DNA of 64,000 nucleotides, from positions 6,175 to 70,174 of the IMG/VR virus record IMGVR_UViG_3300016665_000666; one strand, given 5' to 3'. This stretch comes from a virus (lineage: Duplodnaviria; Caudoviricetes). Position numbers and translations under genes: made by a program. Positions within the stretch are counted from its first letter, which is position 1; every line of letters starts with the position of its first letter. The notes under the pieces are model-generated. The model was not told the DNA's origin. It was given only the letters and a program-made list of their open reading frames with translations, and did no database searches. Below, in pieces: positions 9,099-19,956 of the stretch.

Positions 9099-12000
9099 TG
9101 CCTGACACAAGAAGTCTTAGACAAAACCGCCCTCTGCTGTTTTCGCCAACGGTTATTCGCCAAGTTCAACAAAATGACATGGCCGGGACCGGATTTACTC
9201 GCGTTGATTTCGAAACTCTTTCTTCAAGTTCTTTGGAGAACACAAGCTCGTTCAAGTACAGTCTTGTTGGTGAAGGCTTGAAGTCCACACAGCAGTTAAA
9301 CGTAGATTGGTCTAGGTTTGAAAACCACACGTTTTTCAACAATGCACATGTAAAAACGAATGTGGCTTTTAGAAAGATTTTTGATCAATTTCCGTTTGAT
9401 GGAACAAAAAAAGAGTTTGAAGTATTTCTTGACGATCTTTCTGGTTTTGAGAAGTACGTCTATGACCAATTTCCTAAAAACAAAGGCTATCTCTTCCTGT
9501 CTGGTACGACAACTGGTGAAACAGGCGTCAGTGGCACATTCGTAACTGCCAAAGATGTTGCCGGAGTTGCTTATCCGGGTGTCTCCCGAGACACTTCTGG
9601 TAGATCTGTTCTGAACCCACAGCGCAGTTCAATGACGCTAGAGTTTCAACTTTTCAGCCCTGAACTTTCCAATGCAGAATCTTATGTTTTGAGCAAAGTA
9701 TATTATTCGGCCATAAGCGGAACTCACGGGTTTGCTGTTTTGCAAAACAGTGGTTCTTCATCTCAAGGCACGCTAAACTTTGCATGTTTTTCGGGGAGCT
9801 ATGTGATTAGCTCATCCGTTCCTTATTCCAAAGGGGAATGGAATCATTTCGCTTTTGTCTGGGACAGGACTCAGGGAGTCCAGAAGATAAAGTCTTATTT
9901 GAATGGAAACTTTGTTGCAAGTTCTAGTCAGTTGGACCTTGGAATCATGAACATGGACTCTTCTGACCTGCTGATAGGGTCAGGATCAGTTATTCCAGCA
10001 TTTACACCCGTTACCACCTTCAGTGGTGCAATTGATGAGTTGCGAGTATGGCATGGGATAAGATCCAAAGAAGAAAGAGACGAATACCAAGAAAAATCTG
10101 TTTATGCTCAAGGCAATCTTAAGCTTTATTACAAGTTCAATGAGGCTTCTGGATCACAAACCCCTATTGTTCTTGATCATTCTGGGAACTCGTTGCATGG
10201 CACCTTGTCTTCTTGGGCAACAGCAAGAAACATTAGAAACATTTCAACAAGTTCAATTGCCGGGGAAAGCCCAATGACTTATGAGGCTTTGGAAAACAAT
10301 CCAATTCTCTTTCCTCTTCATCCCGATGTTGAAGCACTTAACGAATTGTTGCTTGAAGATGCAAAAGAATTTGATCGTGTAAACCCCAACAGAATTGATA
10401 GGTTGATTCCACAACATTATTTGTTAGAAGGTCAAATACAAGATGGCCTTACAACCGAGGAAGGAACAATTGTTGATGCCTTGGCAGTAAATGGAACCAC
10501 GCCGGACACAGCGAAACTCGGGAACACACAAGTTATCTTAATGCTCCTTTATACTTGGGCAAAGTTCTTCGATGAAATGAAGCTTTATACGCAAGCTTTT
10601 GGAGATCTGATCCACCTGGATTATGATTCAATTGACACAATTCCCGATTCATTTTTGCAGTTGTTTGCTCAAAGGTTTGGCGTAACCCTGCCTCCTTTGT
10701 TTACAGGTGCAAGCATTGCGCAGTTTATCAATGCTGAAAACGTGGATGCACAGATCAGCACAAGCTCTTATTCTTTGCAATATGTGCAGAACCAAATCTG
10801 GCGAAGGATTCTCCTAAACATCCAAGACATCTTGAAGTCCAAAGGAACAATACACTCTGTTAAAAGCTTTATCAGAGCAGTTGGAATTGAACCGGATAAC
10901 AACTTCAGGATTAGAGAGTTTGGTGGCCCAACCGCAAAAACACTATCGAACGCCAGAGAAGATAGAAGTGAAGTGAGCACCATGATCAATTTTGTGAGTG
11001 GTGGCCTTATTCGTTCATCTTGTTTGTCAGGCTCAAGACTTGAAACAGAAGTCGGGTTCCCTGCTTTCCCGCCAGGAACCAGTTTCTTAAATGGAGTTGA
11101 CACCACGCCTAGTGATGGTCTTTTCACCAGCGGGTCATGGACGTTTGAAGGAGCATATCGTTTTCCATCTGGAAGCTTGTTGACTAACACCACTCAAAGC
11201 CTTGTCAGAATGGAAACAACAGGCTCTTCTGGAACATTTGTTGTAGCAAACTTGCTTGCCACACAAAACGGAGAAGTGAAGTTTGCTGTTTGCCCAAACA
11301 CTCTTGTTTCCAACACCACGGAGCTCTCAGTTCCCGTGGACATCTTCGATGGAAACGTCTGGAGTGTTTCTTTTGGTAGACAGAGAGCAGATGAGATCTT
11401 TTCAAATGTGTCTTCTTCTTACTTTCTAAGAGTTGCCAAACAAGAGTTCGGAGAGATCTCAAGTGTTAAAATGACATCATCATTCATTGATGAGGTCCAA
11501 GGTGGAGTAGGAACGGTTATTTGGTCATCTATATTGCCAACGCTGAATGCTTCTGGCTCGATCCTTGCAGTCGGTTCATCTTCAATTACAACAGGCTCTT
11601 ACTTTTTGAACTCGTCTTCTTATGACAACTTTTATCGTTCTTCTAACTTTGAAGGAAGGGCTGGCCACTTCAGGTTTTGGTCAAAGGCACTTACCGAAAC
11701 AGAATGGTTTGAACACGTCAGAAACTTTAAATCTCTTGGTGTTCTTAACCCTCTTGCAAACTTCAACTTTGTAACTAATCAAACTGGCTCCTTTGGTCGT
11801 TTGAGAATGGATGCCAGTTCTGATCAGACAGAGCTTTCTTCAAGTGTAACTGGCTATTTGCAAATCAAAGATTTCTCGCAAAACAATCTTCATTGGTCAG
11901 GCAGTTTCTCGGCTACCAGTTCCATTATTGTTCCGCAACTGTTTCAATACAGTCTTATTTCACCAAAGTTTGATGTGGGAGCTACAACCGACAAGGTGCG

Positions 12001-12523
12001 CGTAAGAAGCTTCCAAAGCTTTGAGAACGTTCAAAGCTCCTCTTATGCACAAGTGGCACCCATCTATGCCTTGGAGCCTTCCGAAAGGCCACAGGATGGG
12101 ACAAGGTTTACGATTGACTTCTCAGTCGTTGATGCCCTTGATCAAGACATCATCAACATCTTCGCCAACCTGGACTTGCTGGATAATGTTATTGGAAACC
12201 CCGAGTTGATCTATAGCCCAGATTATCCAGATCTTGACAACCTTAGAAACATTTATTTTAACCGCTTGACTGACACGGTTAACCTTAAAGGTTTTTTTGA
12301 ATTCTATAAGTGGTTTGATACCAACCTTGGTGTTTTCATAAGCCAGCTTGTTCCAAGAAAAACAAAGTTTCTGGGAACAAACTTTGTAATCGAATCCCAC
12401 ATGTTGGAACGGCCAAAACTAGAATATTTTTCTTCGGATATCTATCTTGGAGACAGCACACGACATGCTTTGAAAGATACAATCTTGTTTCAACAGTTTG
12501 TTGCGTCTCTGTCTAGGTTCTAA
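9098..12523 (+). CDS. Baseplate protein with LamG domain and P2 gpI/gp7-like domain
   Basis: LamG motifs WNHFAFVWD, FSGAIDELRVW and LKLYYKFNE; gpI-like LQLFAQRFGV...ILKSKGTIHSVKSFI. Confidence 0.75.
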   Translation: MPDTRSLRQNRPLLFSPTVIRQVQQNDMAGTGFTRVDFETLSSSSLENTSSFKYSLVGEGLKSTQQLNVDWSRFENHTFFNNAHVKTNVAFRKIFDQFPFDGTKKEFEVFLDDLSGFEKYVYDQFPKNKGYLFLSGTTTGETGVSGTFVTAKDVAGVAYPGVSRDTSGRSVLNPQRSSMTLEFQLFSPELSNAESYVLSKVYYSAISGTHGFAVLQNSGSSSQGTLNFACFSGSYVISSSVPYSKGEWNHFAFVWDRTQGVQKIKSYLNGNFVASSSQLDLGIMNMDSSDLLIGSGSVIPAFTPVTTFSGAIDELRVWHGIRSKEERDEYQEKSVYAQGNLKLYYKFNEASGSQTPIVLDHSGNSLHGTLSSWATARNIRNISTSSIAGESPMTYEALENNPILFPLHPDVEALNELLLEDAKEFDRVNPNRIDRLIPQHYLLEGQIQDGLTTEEGTIVDALAVNGTTPDTAKLGNTQVILMLLYTWAKFFDEMKLYTQAFGDLIHLDYDSIDTIPDSFLQLFAQRFGVTLPPLFTGASIAQFINAENVDAQISTSSYSLQYVQNQIWRRILLNIQDILKSKGTIHSVKSFIRAVGIEPDNNFRIREFGGPTAKTLSNAREDRSEVSTMINFVSGGLIRSSCLSGSRLETEVGFPAFPPGTSFLNGVDTTPSDGLFTSGSWTFEGAYRFPSGSLLTNTTQSLVRMETTGSSGTFVVANLLATQNGEVKFAVCPNTLVSNTTELSVPVDIFDGNVWSVSFGRQRADEIFSNVSSSYFLRVAKQEFGEISSVKMTSSFIDEVQGGVGTVIWSSILPTLNASGSILAVGSSSITTGSYFLNSSSYDNFYRSSNFEGRAGHFRFWSKALTETEWFEHVRNFKSLGVLNPLANFNFVTNQTGSFGRLRMDASSDQTELSSSVTGYLQIKDFSQNNLHWSGSFSATSSIIVPQLFQYSLISPKFDVGATTDKVRVRSFQSFENVQSSSYAQVAPIYALEPSERPQDGTRFTIDFSVVDALDQDIINIFANLDLLDNVIGNPELIYSPDYPDLDNLRNIYFNRLTDTVNLKGFFEFYKWFDTNLGVFISQLVPRKTKFLGTNFVIESHMLERPKLEYFSSDIYLGDSTRHALKDTILFQQFVASLSRF

Positions 12524-12537
12524 TTGAAAGGCTACAA

Positions 12538-13356
12538 ATGCAGTTTACGCCATTTGATGATACACAGACGCGAACAAGAAGCCCACAGCCAACAGAGAAT
12601 GGCTATGATACTTCTGGGTGGGATCTATACCGCCAAGGTGTTGAACTGAGCACTGACAAGATGCGTTTTATGGGTTCTCAGCCTAAGATCTGGGCTGGTA
12701 ACACTAGCGGATATACGGATGTTGCAACCTATGGACAAAACCCTGGGGCTATCGACGGAAATGCTTTGGGCTTGGAATCCAAGTTTGAAGATATTCCCAG
12801 ATTTGATCCAGTTTCGTTTTTAACAATGGGCACATCCTATCCTCTTCCAATCATCTTCAATGATGGACCATCCGAGGAAACCGAGGCGACAATAGAGCCG
12901 CTAGCCATTCCTTTCAAAAAACCAACGAACGAAGGTCCGTACTATGCCCATGCGGTTAGAGGTAGTTTTGAAAACGGCATCGCAGAAGGGCACATCGTCA
13001 AATCAACAAACCGATACGAACAATTTGTTGACATAAGACCTTCACTTGATACTCGTTTCTTTCTTGATGAAGGCTCAAGATATTTTGGCAACCTACCACT
13101 AGATCCATATATTGCCGACGTAGGCCAAACCCCGATTCCATTTGATGATACTTTGCCATATTTGGCAGACAACAAACTAACAACCACCAATTCTGTTTTT
13201 CACCAAATGATTCGAAATGGAATCGACACAGGCGAAGAAGATCTTCTGCCTTATGGAAAAAAGTCTGCCGCCGCAGGATTTAGTTGTTATGGGTTAAATG
13301 CTGGACAGTACGGAACTGATTCAGTTGCATTCATGGGTTGGAGTCTGGGGAGTTAA
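12538..13356 (+). CDS. Putative virion protein
   Basis: Intact 272 aa ORF in the structural operon. Confidence 0.6.
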   Translation: MQFTPFDDTQTRTRSPQPTENGYDTSGWDLYRQGVELSTDKMRFMGSQPKIWAGNTSGYTDVATYGQNPGAIDGNALGLESKFEDIPRFDPVSFLTMGTSYPLPIIFNDGPSEETEATIEPLAIPFKKPTNEGPYYAHAVRGSFENGIAEGHIVKSTNRYEQFVDIRPSLDTRFFLDEGSRYFGNLPLDPYIADVGQTPIPFDDTLPYLADNKLTTTNSVFHQMIRNGIDTGEEDLLPYGKKSAAAGFSCYGLNAGQYGTDSVAFMGWSLGS

Positions 13357-13361
13357 AAACA

Positions 13362-15098
13362 ATGCCTAGAGTTTTAAAGAAAACAAGAATAAAATGGCTT
13401 CCGCCCAAGGTTCAACTTAGGAACAACGAGGCTTTGACAGGTTCGTTCCCAACTCATGCTCGGATCTCGTCAGATAACAGAACTGGTGTTTTTAACACTT
13501 TCTATGATGACAGCAACACCATTGTGTTTAAAAGCATAACATCCGGCTCTGATGGTTTGATGTTGCCCGTGGGTTTGAATGCGTCAAACCCTGCCCTTTT
13601 TTACTATGATCAAACAGGTTCTCTTGTAAGAAACCCTGAGTTGTCGTCAAGCATTAATGTTTCTGGAGTTATCAGAAAGGGAGTTGGTGATCAGTTTAGA
13701 ACATTCGCTTCGGGACAGACTGCAACGCCATTTTGCGACAACAACATACCTGCAAGCGATGGGTTGTCTGAAGGCAATGAGTTCTATGCAACTGGAAGTC
13801 GGCTTGCTGATGTCGGAGAGGGATTTAGTCAGCCGCTTTGGAGCAAGAGCAAAATAGAAATTGATCTAACGCCATCTGTAACACATTCCTTTTTCATAAA
13901 GAACTATTCCAGTGCCAGCAACAACTATCCAATGGCTTATTGGAACAATACCAGTAAGATTTGGGAAGGAATAGGAGCGGGTAAGGAGTTTGGTCTTTAT
14001 ACCGTGGGAAGCCAGTCATACTTTGAGGCTTTGTGTGAAGATCAGTGCATAGGTTTTGGAGCAACGATCAATCAAGGCGGAAGTGGTTTGTCAGATTATT
14101 CTGCTGGCGCAAAAATTAGCAACTTTGGTTTCCCATATCATGTGAAGTACCACGCAACCTCTTCTAATGAAATCGCGATGTCTAACTACATCTCTTCGCC
14201 ATTCCTTCTTGAAAAGATTGTTTTGGAATGGAGTGGGTCATTAGTGTTTAACAACACTTCGTATGGTAGTTTCACCAACTTCACAATCTGCACGTTTTTT
14301 ATCCTTAATCAACGTAAGCCGTATGGAATCAACGACCCCGCAGTTCAGCAGTTTGTTTATAGAACTGCTGACCAAAGAACTCACTATCTGGTTACAGGAG
14401 TACAGATCCCTGCTTCTTACAACGGCGGTTCTTCATACAACACCATTCGAGAACTTGTAACTTATGCACAAATTGTAGGATTCGCAGAGTTGGCTGATGA
14501 AACGCAGATAGAAAGAGTTAGTCGAGAGATGAACATTCCTTTTGGAGATCCTCGTTTAACTGATGCGTTTGGTGCTTGGTCTGGTAGATTTGTCATGTCT
14601 GGCACTGTAAAGAATCCGTTGCCCAACGAGGGTCTTACTGCAATGCAGATAGGGAATGACGACCTTGGTGTCGCGGCTATGATGCTAATCAATAAAAACA
14701 GCACCAGATCTGGGCTGTTTGCGGCTGGTGGTCGTGACTTTGTTGGAGCACTGGAAAGGGGGAAGGTTTTAGAAACCAGCAGTCAGCTTGAGACAGGAAC
14801 ACCTGCTTCTACCGATCCAACAGGGTCCGTTGTTGTTTTGGACAGGTACGCAAAAAACAATCCATATTTGCTTCAACCAACAGATAAGTTGGTTTTTGGT
14901 TGGCAGGTTCCTGTTGCTGATAGAATTAATTCCGCATTTGGGGTTCCGCAGTATGATGGCAGAGGCACAGAGATGACATTTGCCACTTCCCCATCCAAGA
15001 TAACCTTGTATGGCTCAATTGTTAGTGAAGGCAAAGAATTTCATGACACATTGAATCAATCATTGACTTCTGTGTCTATCCACGAGGTTATTGGCTAA
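13362..15098 (+). CDS. Putative virion protein
   Basis: ATG at 13362, 5 nt after the upstream stop; Ser/Gly-rich. Confidence 0.6.
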   Translation: MPRVLKKTRIKWLPPKVQLRNNEALTGSFPTHARISSDNRTGVFNTFYDDSNTIVFKSITSGSDGLMLPVGLNASNPALFYYDQTGSLVRNPELSSSINVSGVIRKGVGDQFRTFASGQTATPFCDNNIPASDGLSEGNEFYATGSRLADVGEGFSQPLWSKSKIEIDLTPSVTHSFFIKNYSSASNNYPMAYWNNTSKIWEGIGAGKEFGLYTVGSQSYFEALCEDQCIGFGATINQGGSGLSDYSAGAKISNFGFPYHVKYHATSSNEIAMSNYISSPFLLEKIVLEWSGSLVFNNTSYGSFTNFTICTFFILNQRKPYGINDPAVQQFVYRTADQRTHYLVTGVQIPASYNGGSSYNTIRELVTYAQIVGFAELADETQIERVSREMNIPFGDPRLTDAFGAWSGRFVMSGTVKNPLPNEGLTAMQIGNDDLGVAAMMLINKNSTRSGLFAAGGRDFVGALERGKVLETSSQLETGTPASTDPTGSVVVLDRYAKNNPYLLQPTDKLVFGWQVPVADRINSAFGVPQYDGRGTEMTFATSPSKITLYGSIVSEGKEFHDTLNQSLTSVSIHEVIG

Positions 15099-15101
15099 AT
15101 C

Positions 15102-16394
15102 ATGGCATATAACATTTTTGATCAATTTGAAACAGAGCCAAATGCTTTCTACAGCGGAAGTTATACCGATGCGATTTATCAAGGGAATCTTGGTGATCCG
15201 CAAGGAAGGTACAGGATTGTTTCTAAAACAAGCGGTTCTGTTGAAGCTCTCTATGCACAGTTTTTCTCGCAGTTTGCAGACAACAGTGGTTCTAACAGCA
15301 ATAGAAAGATAGGAACCGATCTAAGGTTTCGTTCATTTACCTCGGCAAATGAACTGTACCAGGATACAATTTTGCCAGATCTACACGAGTGCTTTTTGAT
15401 CAATGGCGGAATTCCTACCCTTTCTCTTATTGAAGCGGGTCTTTATCCGGTTATCTTGGATCGCGGAAGTGTGGGTAATCCTGTTGGTAAGTTGGTATTT
15501 TCCACTTATGGAACAACTGCGTCTTATGTCAGTTCTGGCACTGTGAATGTTGGCGATAGCACTTGGTTCGGCTCTTTTCCATTTCAGTACCGCTACAGAT
15601 CTGCAAAAAGAAATGTAATTCCTACTGTCTCCAAGTTCAATGTCTTGTTTCCGGCTTCAGAGTCTCAATTGTCATATAACAACATTGCCTATTATGGTGT
15701 TAACCAACAAACTTACAAATATGGATTGCTTGCAACCATTGAAGTGATCTTGCCTAGAATAAGTCCTGACTTTTACCCTACGGTTTCTGGTCCGGCTCAA
15801 ACAGAGCCATTGAGATATGCTCTGTTGGATGTGACCGGCGCTGTTTCTGTTGCGAGTGGGACTTTTGGAACAGGTGTAACTCTATATCCGCCTCCTGGTT
15901 CTGGTATTTTTGGTGTCGGTTTTGGAACTATCAGACCACCCGAAAGTCTTTTGATAAAAATGGCATATGGGTTTGGTGACTTTTGGAACAACGTTGCAAC
16001 GATGGAAACGGCTGTGACATCCAGTAAGTTGCAATGGGTGGCTGGTGTTTGCAACTACTACTATGCTTCCTCTGTGAACATCAGGGGTTGGCGATATGGC
16101 GTGATTAATGGTTTTCCTCAGTACACTTCGTGCATTTTCAGGAGTAGCCACTACGGACAGTTTAGAGACATGCTTGAGCAAAGAAAGCTTTCTAAGTTTT
16201 TCGACATCAACGGTCTAACCACTGATGGTAAAAACAATGCAAAGAAAGGCGTCACAAATGCTGCGGTTCAAGTTTCTTTTCTTAGTGGATCTAAGTCGTT
16301 TGTGACAGCAAGCTCGCCTTCATCTCTAAATCCCAATGACTCAGGCATTTATGACTTTGAATGCAAATCTGGAAGCCCTTGGCGCGATATTTGA
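15102..16394 (+). CDS. Putative virion protein
   Basis: 430 aa ORF, 3 nt after the previous stop. Confidence 0.6.
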   Translation: MAYNIFDQFETEPNAFYSGSYTDAIYQGNLGDPQGRYRIVSKTSGSVEALYAQFFSQFADNSGSNSNRKIGTDLRFRSFTSANELYQDTILPDLHECFLINGGIPTLSLIEAGLYPVILDRGSVGNPVGKLVFSTYGTTASYVSSGTVNVGDSTWFGSFPFQYRYRSAKRNVIPTVSKFNVLFPASESQLSYNNIAYYGVNQQTYKYGLLATIEVILPRISPDFYPTVSGPAQTEPLRYALLDVTGAVSVASGTFGTGVTLYPPPGSGIFGVGFGTIRPPESLLIKMAYGFGDFWNNVATMETAVTSSKLQWVAGVCNYYYASSVNIRGWRYGVINGFPQYTSCIFRSSHYGQFRDMLEQRKLSKFFDINGLTTDGKNNAKKGVTNAAVQVSFLSGSKSFVTASSPSSLNPNDSGIYDFECKSGSPWRDI

Positions 16395-16434
16395 TAGGTC
16401 AATATGAGTTTTTATACTCAGGCTACTTAGCAAC

Positions 16435-17454
16435 ATGGGTTTTTTAGATTCACGAACAAGAATACTTGATACGATAATAACTCTTCAAGGAAGAGGGCAG
16501 ATAGCTGCCGGAAAACTGAAAGCCGAGTTTTATAGCTTTACAGATCAAGGCGCTTTTTACACTCAAGATACTTCGGTAAGTGCCGCTTTAGATGGTACTC
16601 GCAGAATATATCTTGAGGCTTCAAGTCTCCCACAAGACATGATCACGTTTGAATCTGATGACTCAGGCAAACTAGTCAACTTTAGATCTTCAAACGTTTT
16701 GGTAAGAAACGGGCAGATTCTTGAAATCAGTTCGGCATTGGAAGGATCTGGTTCCGCGAGAACTTATTCCCCTGTACAGGATACCGTTTTTGCAAGCATG
16801 ACGGATCAGTTGTTAAGCAGTTCATTGGATGCTTTTACAAACAACTACATTCTTGGAAGTCCAGATGTGTTTGATGAAAACAGAGATTCTTTTCTTGTTG
16901 GGAATCCCAATCTCAGTTTTGCAATCAGCAACAACTCTCCTATCGCTTCTTCTGAGCAGCAAACAGCAAACATAGAACATGTTGATGGATTGTTTGTTGA
17001 CTCTAAACTAAGCCATCTTCCAAACTTCCAGTATCTTCCACCCATCAACAAGTTTAGACCTGGCGATTCCACTGTCTCATTGCTTGGCAACTATCCAAAC
17101 CTGAACCAAAGAAGGCAGTTAACGTTCGCAGATGTCGAAAGATATGTGGAAGATGCAAAAAACAAAGGCTACTCAACAGAGGTGGTGTTTGAAGAGACAT
17201 CAAAGAACAACAATCTTGTTTGTCAGATGTTTGAAATAGGAGATAATGAGATTGTCAAACTGGACATAATTGATTTTGGGCTGTTCAACTTGTCAGGACA
17301 AGACATCTCTCTTTCCGAAAAACTTAGACAGAACAAAGATCCTAGAAAAGCTCCAACTCTTAGCAAGCACGTTTTTTTTGTTGGAAAAATATTCACTGAC
17401 AGCAACAAGGTCAACAAGTTCATTAACCTTTTTACTATTATTTTCGAGGGATGA
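16435..17454 (+). CDS. Putative tail/baseplate protein with tail-collar-like N-terminus
   Basis: MGFLDSRTRILDTIITLQGRGQIA is paralogous to the N-terminus of 25750..26469. Confidence 0.55.
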   Translation: MGFLDSRTRILDTIITLQGRGQIAAGKLKAEFYSFTDQGAFYTQDTSVSAALDGTRRIYLEASSLPQDMITFESDDSGKLVNFRSSNVLVRNGQILEISSALEGSGSARTYSPVQDTVFASMTDQLLSSSLDAFTNNYILGSPDVFDENRDSFLVGNPNLSFAISNNSPIASSEQQTANIEHVDGLFVDSKLSHLPNFQYLPPINKFRPGDSTVSLLGNYPNLNQRRQLTFADVERYVEDAKNKGYSTEVVFEETSKNNNLVCQMFEIGDNEIVKLDIIDFGLFNLSGQDISLSEKLRQNKDPRKAPTLSKHVFFVGKIFTDSNKVNKFINLFTIIFEG

Positions 17455-17457
17455 TCA

Positions 17458-19956
17458 ATGAAAGTCAACATAAGTCGTCAGATTGGGATTCTAAGCCTCC
17501 CAGAAGAGCCAGCATTGTTGGACTTTTTAACAGAAGATGGAAGATACCAATACTTGGTAAGGTATAACGTTGATGTTGCCAAAGCGATTCGCAACAAAGC
17601 CATGGTGGTAAAAATCCATGCAACCAACAACCCACCAAACAATCGGGATGTTCCTGGTTTTGCGAGAATGAACACCAGCCAAATTGTAGAAAGTTTGTTG
17701 ACTCGTCAAACACAACATGTCGAGATCAATCGTGTAGCTGTTCAAAACTACATTGCATCAATCACTTCGGACATAACAGCACACATCCCAAATGATAAAG
17801 CTAAAACACTGGCAACTTCCACACTTGCTCGAACAAGAGAAAGTGTTGCCAAACCATTCTTGTATAAAACGGTTGCATTTAAACTAGCCAAAGCCAGTGA
17901 TCTAACACAGCAGAACATCTCACAACCAATTTTGCAAATCCCACTGTACCAACCAAACAGTAATGCTTTTGGCCCATCAAGCTCCCCACAAGAACACAGC
18001 TTTGCCTTACTGTTCCGTTTTGGCCGCGACCCAGCTTCGGTGGCAACCCCTACAAACCTTTATATCAGCACGGAAAAGGCCCATGCGGGCATTCTACAGT
18101 TGCCAAGCGGTGTTGCTCGTGCTGCAACGCTAGGAGCCGCTGACGGGCCTCCAGCGGCGTCCTTTGGGCTGCTCAGTTCTGTTGTGGGAAGCAAGAAGGG
18201 GCGACCAGCAGATCAAACTGGGTTGGCAAACAATGCTTATGTGCCAGTGTATGTTTCCGAGGAGACAAACATCAAAACCATCGAGGAGGTGATGCTTTTA
18301 AACATCTCTGATCTTGGTGATCAGTTCTATCTGATTTTTTCACTTCAGACTCTTGATGGTATCGAAGTAGAACGTGTTTCCTCTTTGGTACAACACTCAA
18401 AAGCAGAAGCGATTCTTAGCATTCCAGGTGCTCCAATGTTGGAAGCTTCTGAAGGAAACGGCTATAATCGTTTGTGCATAACGCAATTTGATCGCCGTGC
18501 GCAAGGCGTCTATCTCTATCGGAGAACGGTTGAGACACATACTGCCATGACCGATGCACCTTATGTGCAAATAGCAAAAATACCGTTGAGCAAAAAAGAT
18601 GTCTCAAAGTGGTTTACTGATCCAAGCCCCGGAATGAAGCCGGTTATCTACCGAGCGATTTGCTACAATCATCATGATGTAAAATCACACGAGTTTGCTT
18701 CGGCAGTAGTAATCCCAAAAAGAAAATATTTGGGAGTCAAAACAAGTGCTCATCAAAAACAACTTTTTTGCTCGGTAAAACCAACAATAGTTGGCAAAAC
18801 CATTCAAGTTGAAATTAACAACATTCCGCCTTTTGTTTTGGGGATGGAAGTTTTTCGTCGCGATCTAAGCAGACATCAAAACTTCAATGAGTTGACCAGG
18901 GTTGCAGAACCCCAGATCGTGTTTGGTCGAGCAAACATGCAAGGGCCATGGTATGTGACAGACACTTCTCCAGTAAACGGAAGAATCTATGAATACATGG
19001 TTAGGTTTTCTTATTTGAAGCAACCAGAATCTTGGTCTACTGCAACAGCTACGATTCAATTCAATCCAGTGCTGAACAACATTATTTCCACAACATCGAG
19101 TCCTATCAAAGCTGTTAACACAGGCACCGAACTAGATATTCAGTTCATTTTAAATTCCGTTATTCAGGATGGTCAGATAGATCAAATCCGAAAATCTTTG
19201 GAGCAACAAGGTCTTCTCGGCTTTTTTCAAGACGACATCACCCAGAACAGAGAGAAACTGCAAAACCTTATCGCTTATCATATTATCAGATCGGATTTGA
19301 CGACAGGTGAACATTCTGACATGGGCGTGTTTGTTGGAACAGAGTTTTCTGATCGTGCTGTTGGTAAAAACATGAATGTACCTGCCCCACAAGAAGGTCA
19401 TGTTTACACCTATACTATTAACACACACTTTAGATCTGCTCAAAGTTTGATACCAAGTTTTACAAAAACTGTGTCTTACCCTCTTAATCCTTCTCAAGAC
19501 TACGAGTACAAACCTTCAAAATGGCACCATCCAGTCACTTTAACCGAAGGTAGCATCGTTACAGATTCAAGCCTGAAGCGGAATCATGCAAACACCGATT
19601 TCACATTTGGGCTAGTTGGAGACATTCTTGAACTAAGAATTGATCTTTCGGATATCATGCCATCCATCCATGATGCAACAGCCAAAACATTTGGAAAAAG
19701 AAACATCCTGGTTGAATGGAGTTTGAAAGGTTCAAACAAGAAAATTGATCATTTCATAGTTACAAGGGAAGAGCTTGGCATGAAAACCGTTGTGGGCAAA
19801 AGCCACGCACTTTCAGATTCTAACTTGCAATTTCTGGATCGGTTCTATGATGACTCTAAAGACTCAGTGTTCACTTATTACATAACACCTGTGTTTTTTG
19901 ACTATACTCATGGAACAACAATTCAAACGCAGCAGGTAATAAGGAAAAAAGGATAA
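17458..19956 (+). CDS. Putative virion protein with FN3/Ig-like repeats
   Basis: Repeated Y-x-Y-x-V/I motifs: GRIYEYMVRF, GHVYTYTI, FTYYITPV. Confidence 0.55.
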   Translation: MKVNISRQIGILSLPEEPALLDFLTEDGRYQYLVRYNVDVAKAIRNKAMVVKIHATNNPPNNRDVPGFARMNTSQIVESLLTRQTQHVEINRVAVQNYIASITSDITAHIPNDKAKTLATSTLARTRESVAKPFLYKTVAFKLAKASDLTQQNISQPILQIPLYQPNSNAFGPSSSPQEHSFALLFRFGRDPASVATPTNLYISTEKAHAGILQLPSGVARAATLGAADGPPAASFGLLSSVVGSKKGRPADQTGLANNAYVPVYVSEETNIKTIEEVMLLNISDLGDQFYLIFSLQTLDGIEVERVSSLVQHSKAEAILSIPGAPMLEASEGNGYNRLCITQFDRRAQGVYLYRRTVETHTAMTDAPYVQIAKIPLSKKDVSKWFTDPSPGMKPVIYRAICYNHHDVKSHEFASAVVIPKRKYLGVKTSAHQKQLFCSVKPTIVGKTIQVEINNIPPFVLGMEVFRRDLSRHQNFNELTRVAEPQIVFGRANMQGPWYVTDTSPVNGRIYEYMVRFSYLKQPESWSTATATIQFNPVLNNIISTTSSPIKAVNTGTELDIQFILNSVIQDGQIDQIRKSLEQQGLLGFFQDDITQNREKLQNLIAYHIIRSDLTTGEHSDMGVFVGTEFSDRAVGKNMNVPAPQEGHVYTYTINTHFRSAQSLIPSFTKTVSYPLNPSQDYEYKPSKWHHPVTLTEGSIVTDSSLKRNHANTDFTFGLVGDILELRIDLSDIMPSIHDATAKTFGKRNILVEWSLKGSNKKIDHFIVTREELGMKTVVGKSHALSDSNLQFLDRFYDDSKDSVFTYYITPVFFDYTHGTTIQTQQVIRKKG